This document shows positions 26,576 through 39,625 of a stretch of DNA of 64,000 nt, one piece after another. A program made the position numbers and the translations under genes. Every line of letters starts with the position of its first letter. Positions within the stretch are counted from its first letter, which is position 1. The notes below the pieces were generated by a model, which was not told the origin of the DNA, did no database searches, and was given only the letters and a program-made list of their open reading frames with translations. Source of the DNA: Takakia lepidozioides (lineage: Eukaryota; Plantae; Bryophyta); the NCBI GenBank assembly GCA_030704615.1, contig CM060732.1:72540001-72604000 (forward strand), read 5' to 3'.

Positions 26576-28680
26576 CTTTATGGATATGTGCATCCCAGTT
26601 TCAGTTTCAGGAGAACTCAACGCCCAGAAAAACATGAACACAAGTAGGGGTAGAACTCACCTCATGCGCAGCGGGGTTGTGCCGTTTGCGCACCTTTTGG
26701 AGAGACTCTGCAGATGGAGGTGCAATTTCCGCCGAACTGTCCTCCACCTCATCGTCATCGCCCATGCTATACTCGCTTGTGTCAAAATCCAAACTCGAAG
26801 ACCGCCCACCGCTCTGCCTTCCCACTCGCACCGACACCATCTGTACCGGATTCAGTCGAGCCAGGCGGGGGCTCCTTCGCACCGCGGGGCTGGAATGTGC
26901 AGAAGTGGGAGGAGGTGATGCTGCCTCGGCGGTCGGCGGTCGAGCGCTTCTTACTAGGCGTGGACATAGACCATGACAAAGATGAAGACGAGCGAGGACA
27001 TAGACCATGACCAAGACAAAGACGAGCGAGGAAGACCAAGACATGCAAAGGAGGAAAGAAGGACAAGGAGGGGAGTGTGATCACACACCCCCCCGATCTG
27101 TAGTGAAGATCCGGCCGTTGTTGATTTCAAATATGAACACGTGTCGTGCATCCGACACTATAGCCTTTTCGACTTTGAGACGTTAAACCCTAAACCACTT
27201 ACAATCCTCTAGACAACTAGATGTAGTGATTCACACAACTGACATGGATCCGTTAACTTTTTTTGGTTCAAAATTAGGCGAAGGAAACACACTGCAATGA
27301 TGCCGTGTATGGCTCCGCTTTACATGCATTCTTGGAGAAAATGCGCATGATGTGTGAGAAGTGAACACAGTGCTCTGCCAAATGATTCAGCAAAAACAAA
27401 CTCAACTGTAGTGGTTCTCCCATCGCAGAGAAGGGTCCATTCGACACCCATCGCACCATGCCAGGTTGAGGTCCTCACACACACACCTACACACCGAGAA
27501 TTTGCGAACCCACATCAGCTGGGAGAACATGGAAATTACCCCGTGGATCACATGCAAGCATGAATGAGAAATGGGTTTATGTTACATGGGAGATTTTGGT
27601 GTACCTGCGCGACATGCAACTCTGTCTACATACTCCATAAGTCGTTGTCCCAAGACCCAAGTGGACAGGGGAGGCCGGTGAGTCTATACCACAAATGGTA
27701 ATCATACAGCAGAGGGTACTGCTGCCCAACGTGCAAAAGCCGCCGGCTGCAGGATGCTAGGCATGCGAACTCGGGCACAGCACGCCTCCTCTGCACCCCA
27801 CTCCGTCCCAACCAGTGCAAAACAACCGTGCATGCATTGACTGCCATCTGGCTTTCTCTCCAGGCATTTGGGGTCTGCGATCTGCTACACGTAAGTGTCT
27901 TTGAATGCGACGATCAAAGGATCCGGTCACTTGCAGTTGTCGTCTCAAGGGCAGCATTGCAAGAATCAGAAATAAGTAAGAAAGATGGTGGAAGAAGCTG
28001 CAAACAGCAAATGAGTGAAGTGGCAGGGCGATGCTCCATTTTTAACATGCTCCCCTTCCTCCGCCATGGTGATAGAGCCACACAAATGGACTCCCTTCCC
28101 GCCACGGTGCAATTTCACGGCAACGGAACGGGATTGTCCGCCGAAACGTGATTTGGAGATGGCCTAAGACAAGTGGCGCAGGTTCTGGCCTTGTAGTCAG
28201 GTTGTTCACACTTCAATGCACACATTTCATACACATTCAACCATATGCCCAAGATCACAACGTCCTCAATCGTGAAAATTGAAATTCCACGTACGTCCTC
28301 CGATTCCTCACACACACACGAACTGTAGAGACGGGTGGTTTTCCAGGATGTCGTTGTTTGAGTCGATTTTGGTCATTTCTCTCAGTGTCTTGTTGAAAAG
28401 ATTCTAGTTATGATGGGAAGCATCGTGATGGCTTTTAAATGGTTTGCTGTTGAGTGTAACTTTTCATCATGTTGTGGAATCTACCGGTTGGTATAAAATG
28501 TCAACTGTCTTCTCTGCCAAAGGATGTGCGGCTGAACCTTTCAAATTGAGATTGCAGGAGGAGGGAATTGACGGTAGTGAAATGGGAGTGGCAGAGCCAA
28601 ATTGAGGAATCTCTGCAAATGAGAATCCGGCCCCCTGCAACGGCGTGCACAAACAGCATTGAAGAGGCTCCCCAACAAAA

Positions 28681-31600
28681 ATGAGTTCCCCTCGCCCATG
28701 CGGAGGACTTCCAATTAATCACCCCTGTAGACAGAACACCCGAGATGACAGGTTGTGGGAAAGAGAAGTGGCACGTGCCCGAGCCCTTGGGCTTTCAAGG
28801 ATGCCATGCCCATGTGAATGTTGTTTGGCACTACAAGTAGATCTGAGGACGGTGTGCGCACACATCTCCTTCACCACAAAAGACATGAAGCATTTCGGGT
28901 GTGGATTGGAGATGGACCTGCAGACGAAGACGATGAGGAGTGGGCACAATTGGACAATGCACACCCCCGAGGGAGCCATACAGACAGGCCAGACGAGGAC
29001 TATGTCATGGGCGCAGGACATGAACCAGGCATGGACGGAGGGGTGGAGATTACTCGAATGTTGCAGGAAGCATTCCACATCATGGACGATGCTGAAGAGG
29101 GGGACGGCGCTGCGACAACTGGGGATGGTGATGACGCAGGAAATGAAGGCATTCACGTGGGGGAAGGCGTGGAAGGAGGTGGAGATGGAGAATTGAATTC
29201 TGCATGACACTAGAAGAAGCATGTGTGCCACTGTACGAGGGATGCAAATCCACAAAGCTTGCTGCCACCATGCTGTTGATGAACCTGTGCACAACCCACG
29301 GTGTCTCAGACCATTTTGTGGACGAGTTGTTCTCTTTGCTTCGGCTGAACTTGCTTCCACAACCAAATGAAATGCCAAAAAGCTGTCACATGGCCAACCA
29401 AATGATTGGGAAGCTCGGCCTCAACTACGTGAAAATACATGCATGTCCAAAAGGACATGTACTTTTCAGAAGAGAGTACAAGGATGCTATGGAGTGCCCC
29501 AAATGCGGTGCAGCCCGATACCATGATGTGGGCAGGTTACAACAGCCAGCCAAGGTGTTGAGGCACTTTCCCCTTATCCCCCGTCTATTACGAATGTACA
29601 AATGCAAGACCATTAGTGAGCTCATGACTTGGCATTCCAGGAATGCCTCAAACGATGGTTTGGTAAGGCATGTCCCAGATTCCTTTGCATGGAAGCATAT
29701 AGATGCAACTTGGCCCGATTTCGCCGAGGACCCACGCAATGTGCGATTGGCTGTATCTACGGATGGAGTAAACCCATACGGATCAAAGAGTTGCACATGG
29801 TCCACATGGCCCGTGCAGTTGGTGGCATACAACCTGCCACCATGGTTGACAACAAAGAAATTCTTTGTCATGTTGTCTCTCTTGATTCCAGGCAAGGAGT
29901 CCGTGACAAATGCAAACATAGATGTGTATTTGCAACCATTGATTGAAGAGCTACAGGAACTATGGATTGGAGTTGAAGCTTACGACATTTTGAAACCAGT
30001 AGGGCAACGGAGTTTCACCCTCCGTGCCATACTCATGTGGTCAATCCACGATTTCCCCGCATATGGCCTTGTTGCGGGTTGCAAGACGAAGGGCTACAAA
30101 GGGTGCCCCATTTGTGGGCCCTATGTGGATTCACGGCACTCAAAGCCACTAGGGAAGACAATATACATGGGGCATCGACGTTACCTTGCAAGAAACCACC
30201 CCTACCGACGAGCAGGAAGGCACTTCAATGGATGTGTTGAAAAGAGAATGGCACCAAATGTTGTGACACCGGAGGAGACATTGCAATTTGCAAAGGAGAA
30301 AGAGGCGTTCATGGAGATTGGAGGGAGAAGGAAGTAGTGCGGATCCAGCCATGGAGCACGGGGTGAAGCGCCGGACAATCCTTTGGGATTTGCCATACTG
30401 GAAGGTGCATGAATCCCCCCCCCCCCATTCACTCACTTTCTTTCACATTGTGCTTCCTGGAATTACCTTTACTGTCAAGAGTCCTTCCACCAACTCCTAA
30501 GTCAGTGTAACTACTATGCAGTAGATGTTGAAGTCGTACACCTCACTGTGGAGAGGATCGTGGAGTTGTTGAAAGCAGAATGTAGTAACATGGACAACTT
30601 CTGCCACATATTCTACGTTTTTTGCCCATAGAACTTGGTCTCATGGGAGACATTTGGCATTTCAGAACCTCTTGCAGCGGTACCTCCTGGACCCCATGCA
30701 TTGTGAGAAGAACTTCTGCGAGAACATTCTGAAGACTATCTTTGGGGAGAAGGATACGATAAACGTACGAAATGACATGGAGATTGAAGGGATACGGTCA
30801 CATCTGTGGCTAAGGCCTGATCCAAATAGACCAGGCAAAGTGCTCATGCCAGCAACATCATACGTCCTGACCAAATCAGAGCAAGAGGATTTTTTGAAGA
30901 CATTGGGAGCCATGAAAGTGCCAACCGGATTCTCGGGTGCTTTCCAAAAGCATGCCATAAACAAGAAATGGTCGGGGATGAAGTCACATGATCTACACGT
31001 GATGATGCAACAGATTTTGCCAGTGTGCATTCGGGGTACGATGGCGCCAGGTCCTCGAACAGCCATAATGCGTGTAAGTCGAGTGTTTAGGAAGATTTGT
31101 GCGAAGGTGTGGGATCCGAGGGACATTACATCGTTGCATGAGGATGTGGCTATGACCCTATGTTTGCTGGAGAAAGAATTCCCTCCATCATTCTTTGACG
31201 TCATGACGCACTTGCTAGTGCATCTTGTAGAGGAGTTGCATGTGTGTGGGCCCGTAGCCAGCCGGTGGATGTACCCCATGGAGAGGTACATGAAGGATCT
31301 GAAGGGGTATGTACGCAACATGGCACGGCCAGAGGGGAGTATGGCGGAGGGCTACATCCGCGACGAAGCCCTGGGCTTCATGACAGAGTATATGTCTTCA
31401 TTTGATGCAATACAACGACGGGTGTGGGACGAGAACGAGGAAGAAGGAGTTGTAGGCGAGGTCCTAGAAGGTGGTGGAACAAAGCGTGCCATGAGCCCGC
31501 GCCTTCGGGATGTGGCACATGATTATGTGCTGAACAACACAACAACCATGACACCATGGAGACAGTGGGTGCCAACTTACATCCCTCCTGTGCTATTCTT

Positions 31601-32661
31601 AATGGTCTTTGTATGCTGGAATTACATATATATTGTCACAAGTCATTCCGGCCACTATGGGAGTGGGATCGTGTACTAACAGGGTGCTTCAGACGACTAC
31701 AGAGGGTGTTTCGTAGATCTTGGTTGTTGCTTGCAAGTGATTATGAAGTAGGCTGCATCACTACAGTGTGCTTGAAAGGACACACACTCTGCATGTGGCA
31801 TGCATGTACAGTACGGTGTTGGTCAGGGGGACTGAGTTGCAGCTTCTATTTGGTTTCTGCCAGAAAGTACGCAGCGGAGAAGGTCCGCCTGAAAACGGAA
31901 CGGAGTGCATTTGCAAAAGCATGGCGGAGGGGCAGTCGTAGGCGCAGATCCCCGGTGGAGTACCCCACAACAATGGAGGAGCTGCAGCCCTTTACAGTGT
32001 GGGTCAGATCTGCAATTGCAGTGTACGCATCAGAGAACGAGGACCCAGATGAGGGCATGGTGAGTCTGTCATTCCCCCCAGGGCTGATTGCCACTTCGTA
32101 CCGGTCAATGAAAGCATATGGCAATCACTATACACCACATCGGAATCCAATTTCATGCCATGTGCAATATGTAGGAGTGATCAAAGAGATCCTTAAACTA
32201 GACTATGGTCTTGTGAAGCCAATTCTATTCCGTTGTTCTTGGGTAAAAGCTAATATGGTAGGAGAGAATGCCACCATGAAACGGGTTGAGTACGGGTTCC
32301 TCCTTGCTGATTTCAGAAAAATGCTACCACAAGATGAAGTTTGCCATTCACCCATCGAGTGAGCAAGTTTTCTTTTTCAGATGACACCCATGCGCCGGGA
32401 TGGAAGGTGGTTCTTCACAAGGACCCCCGGGCCAAACGAGTCGTGGCCGACCTCCATAATCTGGACCTAGGGGAGAATGCCGACCACGAGGGTCTGAGGG
32501 AACCACGAAATCTACTTGATACGGCCGAACCAGTCTCTTTGGAAGGAGCAGTTACCTTTAATGAGGAAGACATTCCAGGGTTGGTAATTACCGCAAGGCA
32601 AATTGCAGATGTGGGTAGTGAAGGGGAAGATTATTTGGATACAGATAGTGAGCCCAGCTGA
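28681..32661 (+). pseudogene. CACTA TnpD/Tnp2 transposase (Transposase_21, DUF4218- and DUF4216-like regions), frameshifted
   Basis: CPCECC N-terminus; IHACP; RNVRLAVSTDGVNP; YNLPPWL; IHDFPAYG; DPMHCEKN; KSHDLH; RWMYPMERYMK; EGSMAEGY; YVGVIKEILKLDY; GWKVVL. Confidence 0.93.
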
Positions 32662-33484
32662 ATCTCAGTGTCCATTAAGCCAGCAGCTCATAGACGAGAG
32701 CTATGCTAAGGACTCTTACTGTCCTTAGAACCCATTTTGTACAGTCCTGCAAGCGCGCAAGGGTGAGTTAATAGTATCGATAATGTCCCGGTATGTGGTC
32801 CGTACTGTCTTGTGAACAAACCTTTTTTTTGTTCTGCCAATATTGTTTCTGACATGTGAGGAGAGATCGTCTTCATGTACGGGAAGTAGACGTGAATGTG
32901 TGCATGCATTTTCTGGCCCAGCTGCATGCTTTCCAGGGAACAAAAACCAGTGGAATGGGGGGTGTCTCCAAAGGAGCAGGACCGAACGACACCTTTTGTG
33001 CTTTCCTTGCTTTCCTTCTCACCGTTGTTGCATTCTCCCACCTGCCCAACAACAGCACTCTCGAAGCAATAGCATGACATATGTTGCAACATGGTCTTCT
33101 TCATCAGTGAATGAGCTTTTTTGCTACATGTACTGCCACGTCCACATTAACGTTGATCCCTGCAAGCACTTGGCAAGACACCCCAGAGCCGCAAATCCAA
33201 CAACCACCACAAACACATCTAACTGATTGTAGTGACACGGGAATAGCTCACTTGTAGAGGAATTGAACCTCCAGCCAAATGAATGGCTCTGCCCTTGTAG
33301 CACAAGTGCGATGCAAAAACAAGGTGAGTACAAAATGAAGAAGCACTTACGAGGTCCCCATCCCTCGGATGGGCTCCCACTTGTGCTCTGGAACTGTGTA
33401 GGCCTGACTAGCACCAAATTGCATGAATCCTAAGCCTGAATGTCAAATGCAGGATTATGTCGCGATGCAGCACGCCATCATCTT

Positions 33485-33690
33485 ACCTGTAGTTTCCAGT
33501 TTCACTGGTGTCACAACTGCCTTCAAGTCAACATCAAAATTAAGTCCACCTATGCGCAAATCGCAGAATGTCTCATGACACCATCTGCCGCCGCTGGTTT
33601 GGCATGATATGATTGTAGTTCACAACCTTAATGAACGCTTTCAGCCTTGACCTCTTTGCGATCTTCTTCTGTGACTGCTTCTTCATAATT
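33485..33690 (-). pseudogene. RPL27: Captured 60S ribosomal protein L27 (eL27) fragment, copy 1
   Basis: IMKKQSQKKIAKRSRLKAFIKVVNYNHIMP ... FDVDLKAVVTPVKLET. Confidence 0.8.
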
Positions 33691-33924
33691 TATGAAAGGG
33701 AAAAGCAGTTACACATCAAATTCTTGCAAGTACAGGGGGGTACTCAGGCCTCCTTGGGAGAAAGAGTGCCATAAACACAGACACATCCTTAAATGTAAAA
33801 TTGGAGAAGCGAACGTCTGGTGGCAATAACTGCCTAAACCAGAATTATACTCCATTCCAGCGCACATATAAAGGGTCGGATGATAACTCGGAATCCCAGT
33901 TGGAGATAATGAGACGAATACATG

Positions 33925-34165
33925 ACTATCTTGCGAGTTTCAACTTTCTTGGAGGTAGTTTCCAATTTCTCTGGTGTCACAACTACCTTCAAGCTGGGTT
34001 TAGAGGAATTAAGTCCCACTCGCAAATACAGAATGTCTCCCTCATCTGCATGGGGAAAATGGGGTTTGGCATGATATGATTGTAGTTCACAACCAAAGGG
34101 CATATTCTTCAGCCTTGACGTCTTTGCGATCTTCTTCTGTGACGCCTTCTGCATAACTTGTGAAA
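33925..34165 (-). pseudogene. RPL27: Captured RPL27 fragment, copy 2
   Basis: VMQKASQKKIAKTSRLK / VVNYNHIMP / LKVVVTPEKLETTSKKVETRK. DNA similar to copy 1. Confidence 0.75.
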
Positions 34166-35799
34166 TGGAAAAACAGCTACACATCAAATTATTGCGATGC
34201 CACTCAATGGCACTATGAACGTTTCGAGCATGCTGTCAGAAAACTAGACGGGCAAAAACCCAATTCAGCAGCCTCACCTTGCGTGGATATTTTGGGAATT
34301 GATGCCAGAAGGGCATGCCCGTATGCGCGCTCCATCGTGCCTCCATCCAGCACATTCTGTAAATGTTGAATGGCCAAGACCCCGATGTCACACCGTTCTG
34401 AGAAGCCACTACGCGCGCTCACATTATACGAAGGCCTTGCCGTGTCTGGATTTGCATTCCCACGTCCCGCCATGTCCGACGCAGCACTTGCATCCTTGTC
34501 CCTGCCAGGTGGAGGCAGCATGTATTAAAATATTTATTCCCCCAAGGCCACATTTTGTTTACATCTTTTTGTGAAAGCCACGTCAGCAAATGTGCTGCCG
34601 AGTCATGGGTGCAATGAATGCGCAGTGGTTCATGGAGTCGTTGAGTCGACTACATATTCACTTTAATGAATAAATATCTTTATTCCATTAATCGAATTAG
34701 GAAAGAAAATTTGTAGTCGCATGTGCAGTAATTACAACCACTTGTAATTTTGGCTTTTTCAAATTTTATGTATTTACGCAATTCGTAAAATAGCCCGGAA
34801 TTCTGCTACGACTCCGGAGTCGTTGACCCCACTTCTGTCCGCCGTCTGAAATGCCCCCGTGGGCCCACATTGTCTGTTTCGACTCTCCAGTAGTCCCGTT
34901 TACTACCAAGTGGTTCCCGGAGTGGTCGCGGACATGCAGTCGAATCGGAAAAGACACGAATGCTTCTAGTGTTCTCCTGCGAGGTCGGGTCTACATCTGG
35001 TCCTTGGATAACGGGATTAATTGGGTCCGGCGTTAACAAAACAGTTTGAATGTGATCGTCCGGATTCACCATCTCCTCAGCTGTTGCCGGAAATGCGTAG
35101 TCGAGGCAGAGGACCGTCCGGGAGAATATAGTCATGCAGCTCTTGTAAGGTGATTCAAATTCGCCGGGAATGTAATAACCATGTCAGATAATAAACGATT
35201 TTGATCCAGGGCCATTCCGGATGTATGACACAAAATTTCCCGATGATTCTTGTGTCGAGAAAAACACAAAAGCACTGGACATGAGCTTCCGAGCCACAAA
35301 AGCATCCAGGATATTGGAGTAGTCCTTTGCCTCGAAGACAACAAAGCCATCATCACAAACTGTATTGACGAACACCATCGATATGTCGTCGAACCGTTTC
35401 TTCGGTGCAGGTCCCAACCGTGATCTGGCATCAGCAAATTTTTGGTTTCCCCCCAACTGTGTGTAATGGGACCTGAAGCTCGTACGTAGAATCGCCAGGG
35501 CATTCTGGTTATCCTCGAAGGTCTACTTGCATGACAAGACATACTTCTTGAAGGCAGTAGTCATTGGCTGCATCTCCATATTCAACTTCTGTTTGCTTAC
35601 AATGTAGTCGTTCCCGAGCCGATCTCGAAAAGTTTCAAACTCAGCTTTGTTGAAGTTGTATTTTTTTTTCACATCACGCCACTCCTGTTTGGTGAGTCAT
35701 ATGGATTGGAACGAGTTATTTTCTTATGCTACCAAGCATTTTCCTTTCGAATGTCCTAACGAAAACTAAGAGTTTGATTTTAGGTCATAGAGTCACCAC

Positions 35800-37780
35800 A
35801 AGACTCCCTGCTCAAACCTGCGAATTTATGAATTTGCCACGTTCAAAGTGTTGTCAGTAAAGAATCTCTGTCTTTTCTTAGGCTGGGGCTCTACCTTGAA
35901 GCCTAGTTTGAACCACATATTTTTGCACAGGCAGAAGGCAGTTGTCCTTCAGTCAATATTCTTTCATGTTTGTGGGCAGTAGAAAGATGTGGTGGGGCTT
36001 TTGTCCAACAGATCTGAAGAGTGGATCAGTTGCTGAACAAGGGGCTTGAACTACGACTGTTTGAGCATTTACCTATGTTCAAGCTATGGACTATGATTGC
36101 CTGTCTTCTAGTCACAAACATGTGCAGAACCAGACTGTTGGCCACCCAAGTGTACAGATGTTGACTTGCATCTTTCCACATTCCGTGAAACTTGTCTTCT
36201 CCTCCAATTAGGTGGTCTGATTGTGCCTGGATTCCAGATGAGAATGAGGAACTGGTTGACCTGATTTGGGAGGTGGATTCGTTGATTTCCAAACTGATTG
36301 GACTTATTTATGATGTGGTTGAAGAGGTGGATATCATGCTTCATGGTCAGGTTGTTCTCATATCCTCTTTATCCTTCTTCTTTGTTGTTTTTAAACCTTG
36401 TACAACCTGCGAGGAGAATAGTGGGGCTGAGGGGAGAAATATGAAGGGAGGTCTATTACAATGTGGTCTGAGAGTTTTCAATGGAAAATCTACATTGACT
36501 GAAATGGACAATCTTGAAGTTAGAGCTCTTTGCATCATGAAAATAACAAGAGCGGGCTGAGGACTCCCCCGAGGACTCCCCGAAACCTGCCCCACCCCTT
36601 GATGTGGGAGAGTCCCCACCTGGACCCGCTGAACCCCAACCCGAACAACTTTGTAAGCTTCTTACTCTCATCTCCATCCTCTACCTCCAGGTTAATTTCT
36701 TTGATTCATTTCAACTATTAAGTTTGCCATTTGTTTGGGTTTCCTAAGTAAGGCATTTGTAGCTCCAGCCAGTACGTTGGGTACTTCTTGTTGGGAGGCT
36801 GGAGGACCAGTTGGTCTCCCATAGATAGTACATAAAATGTATCAGCCCTTCAAGTTTCTGAGGTACTACCCAGACTTGAAGCAGATGCCCTCAACTCAAG
36901 CTGAAAATTCCGAAACAACTGGTGCTTTTGTCCGTGTGTTTGAATGACTCTATGTTGGACTGTAGTTCTAGGGTTTTTGAGTTGCTAGTGAATTCTCTTG
37001 GATCATGCTTCAATTTGGCATCCATGTCTTCTGAGAGCTTTGCATTGTTCTCGACATGAAGAAGACCAAGTTTTGTATTGTACCACTGTTCGTCATAGTG
37101 TTTATGATACTCTTTTACTTGGGTAGTTGACGAAGACGGGAACCCAATTGAGCCACCACCTCCACCACCACCTCCGCCACCAGTGGATGAGGACACTTCC
37201 ATTGAGAATCCGCTTGGTTATATTGGTACAACTACTGACTTTTTCTTTGTCCAAATTTCTTTCTGTATTTGGCACTCCTGTTACAGAGTTCCTTTCTTGT
37301 GGGGGCTTACTCTTATACAATCTCTGGAGAAGTAGTTGCTTTTGGATTGCTTGTGGCCACTCTCTCTTGTTTCTTGCTTTCTAAGCTCTTTGAGCTCTCC
37401 GTGAACGATAAAAAGTACCATTTCATTTCATTTCGTCTTCTTTCTTCTTTACTCCTCCAATCTTTCTCTGCTTGCACATAACCTATTACTTTCCTTCTCC
37501 TTGCTCTACCATCGTCACAGACTGGAAACAAGTTCAGGGAAGTTTTCTGCCTAACTTCATTTTCATCAGACAATTTCCTGGCAACAGACATGGCTTCGGA
37601 CACTACAGCCTCTAAGTCAGACTTATCCAGCAGGGTCAAGACTTGCGGGCTAAGATTCAGATCCTTGAGAATCTCGTCTACTCTCTTCCACCAGGACTTA
37701 ACCTGTTTGACAGGGCCATCCTGTAGGGAGAGAGAGACAATAAGGAGAGAAGGAGGGACTAACCCTCATATCCTTTGAGA
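35800..37780 (-). mobile_element. Decayed LINE 5' part (ORF1-like coiled coil plus putative APE endonuclease remnants)
   Basis: ORF1-like EAMSVARKLSDENEVRQKTSLNL; downstream HQGVG-like remnant. About 30 nt shared with 25424-25456. Confidence 0.5.
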
Positions 37781-38339
37781 ATGTCCCGACAGGTCAGCAA
37801 CTCATCATAGATTTACTGCTCATCCTTCTGGGGCATGAGTTTGATCATTAACGGAATAAACCTCGTATTCACTCCAATCTGTCCAAAGTCAGCATCATAG
37901 TTTTCTTAGGAAGCATCTAATATGTACAAGGGTAGTACTTGGCACATCATCCAAACAACCCAAGAATATTGGGCAATGTAAACTCATAACCTGCAACAAA
38001 ACCTTTTAACTACCACGTTTATTTCTTGGCAACTTTAGTATGATCCACATGGTGTGATGAACGTGCCAAAATCTGTAGCATGACAAACTGGTGCATGAAA
38101 AATACAAATGGAAGCCTTTGGGTGCTGTAAATTGGGACTGGACAAACAGGTGCATGCTTGATATTTGAAATTGTATGTCAAGATTTCAGCAATTAGTTTC
38201 ATGTTGTCTCAAGGACCTCATCTAATGTTCAGTGGCAAAGAGACAATTCTTTAAGCTCTTCCTCAACATTTTGCATGAGCAAACGCTTTAGGTGCAAGCC
38301 TTATGGCTGCAGTATGTATGCACTATATCATAGGTATCC

Positions 38340-38830
38340 AAAGCCTCCATACCACGTCCCTACTGTGCATACGCGTTCCATGACACCACATCTCGTTCAG
38401 CCATAGTGTTGGAAACTCCCTTCGCATCCTTAATGCACCCACGTTTGGCATACATGTCCACCAGGGCAGTGTTCAGAATGACAGTTGGTACAATTCTAGC
38501 TTTGACAATGTCACCATGGACCTCTTTCCCCTTTTCCAGAGCTCCCAGGCTTGCACACGCATTACATCCTGAAGGCATCCTGCCAACAATATTATAATTC
38601 CACGTGATCAAAGATCGTTGAGGCATTCTGTTGAACACTTGGTGAGCAACGATGATGCTCTCGCACTTAACATAAATGTTGACAAGGGTGTTGAGTAGAA
38701 AAACATTTGACGTGAATCCACTTTGGATAACATGAGTATGCAAGACATACCCTTCAAGCAAACATCTTGGGTATGACAAAATAGTTAGCAGCAGCCTACC
38801 TTGTGTAATCGACACGGGTTGCACCATATC
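38340..38830 (-). pseudogene. PLS-class PPR gene fragment
   Basis: NVFLLNTLVNIYVKC..AHQVFNRMPQR; ACASLGALEKGKEVH; NTALVDMYAKRG..ERDVVSWN. Internal deletion. Confidence 0.88.
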
Positions 38831-39436
38831 TGCTATGCCTCTAAATATTGTGAGAGTTCTTGGTCTTCAGTTATGCCCTGCCTCTGGTGTTGAAGTACTA
38901 ATTGCGGATGGGTCCAGATACGAGCCTCTAGGTTTGGTCATTGTGCCTATCAGGATTCACAAGAAGTAGGTCGTGGTTACATGTATAGTTACTATAGGCG
39001 ATCAGAGATTTTCGAGAAACAAATGAACCACATATAGGTTTGCACATTCCAACAATACAATCCCTGGGGGTGATGTTGTTGTCCACAGAACAAACCACCT
39101 CTGTCATCAGACATATATCATAACAACCATACAAAACTCCCAAGATAGTAACCTCCACTGTCCAGTGGAGGTTCACCACTTCACACGCTCATAGCTGACA
39201 GATAAAATAATTCAATTCAGGAGGAAAAAAAAATTTCACTCATAAGAAGAAAAAATATATATATTCAGAGGAGGCTCGTCTCGCCATTCCATACATCATG
39301 CGGTCTCAAAATTGTTCGAATAACGAATACCTAATATCTACAAGAACTCGATATTCTTTTGTAAGATGAGGTTCATCTTTCCATTTTCTTATATCTACAA
39401 TAACTACAGGAGGCTCTCTCGAATCATCCTACGGGT

Positions 39437-39625
39437 TTCAGGGGAGTACTCTCTAGGGGTATATGTCGGAGAATCTCCAGAGATGTATTCTAGAGAATCT
39501 GCAAGGACGTATTGGGGAGAATCTGCAGGGACATATTTTGGAGAATCAGCGGAGATATATTCTGGAGAAATTACAAGGACAAATACTGGATACTGAGGAG
39601 AGTCAGGACTGTATCCGGGAGAGGA
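39437..39625 (-). repeat. 24-bp coding repeat encoding RNA Pol II CTD-like Y-x-x-x-D-S-P-x octads
   Basis: PSSPG YSPDSPQ Y..SPE YISADSPK YVPADSPQ YVLADSLE YISGDSPT YTPRE YSPE in ORF 39404-39982. Confidence 0.8.

Larger units (their letters stand above)
20872..34971 (+). mobile_element. Full-length CACTA (En/Spm) DNA transposon, 14.1 kb
   Basis: Perfect 19-bp TIRs CACTAGAAGCATTCGTGTC (20872-20890 / 34953-34971). 3-bp TSD TTC on both sides. Subterminal ACGACTC..GAGTCGT palindromes near 20907 and 34808. Internal Tnp2 transposase. Confidence 0.95.

Noticed and set aside
28719-31321. Long minus-strand ORFs (219, 164 and 219 aa)
   Set aside because: Antisense shadows of the CACTA transposase.
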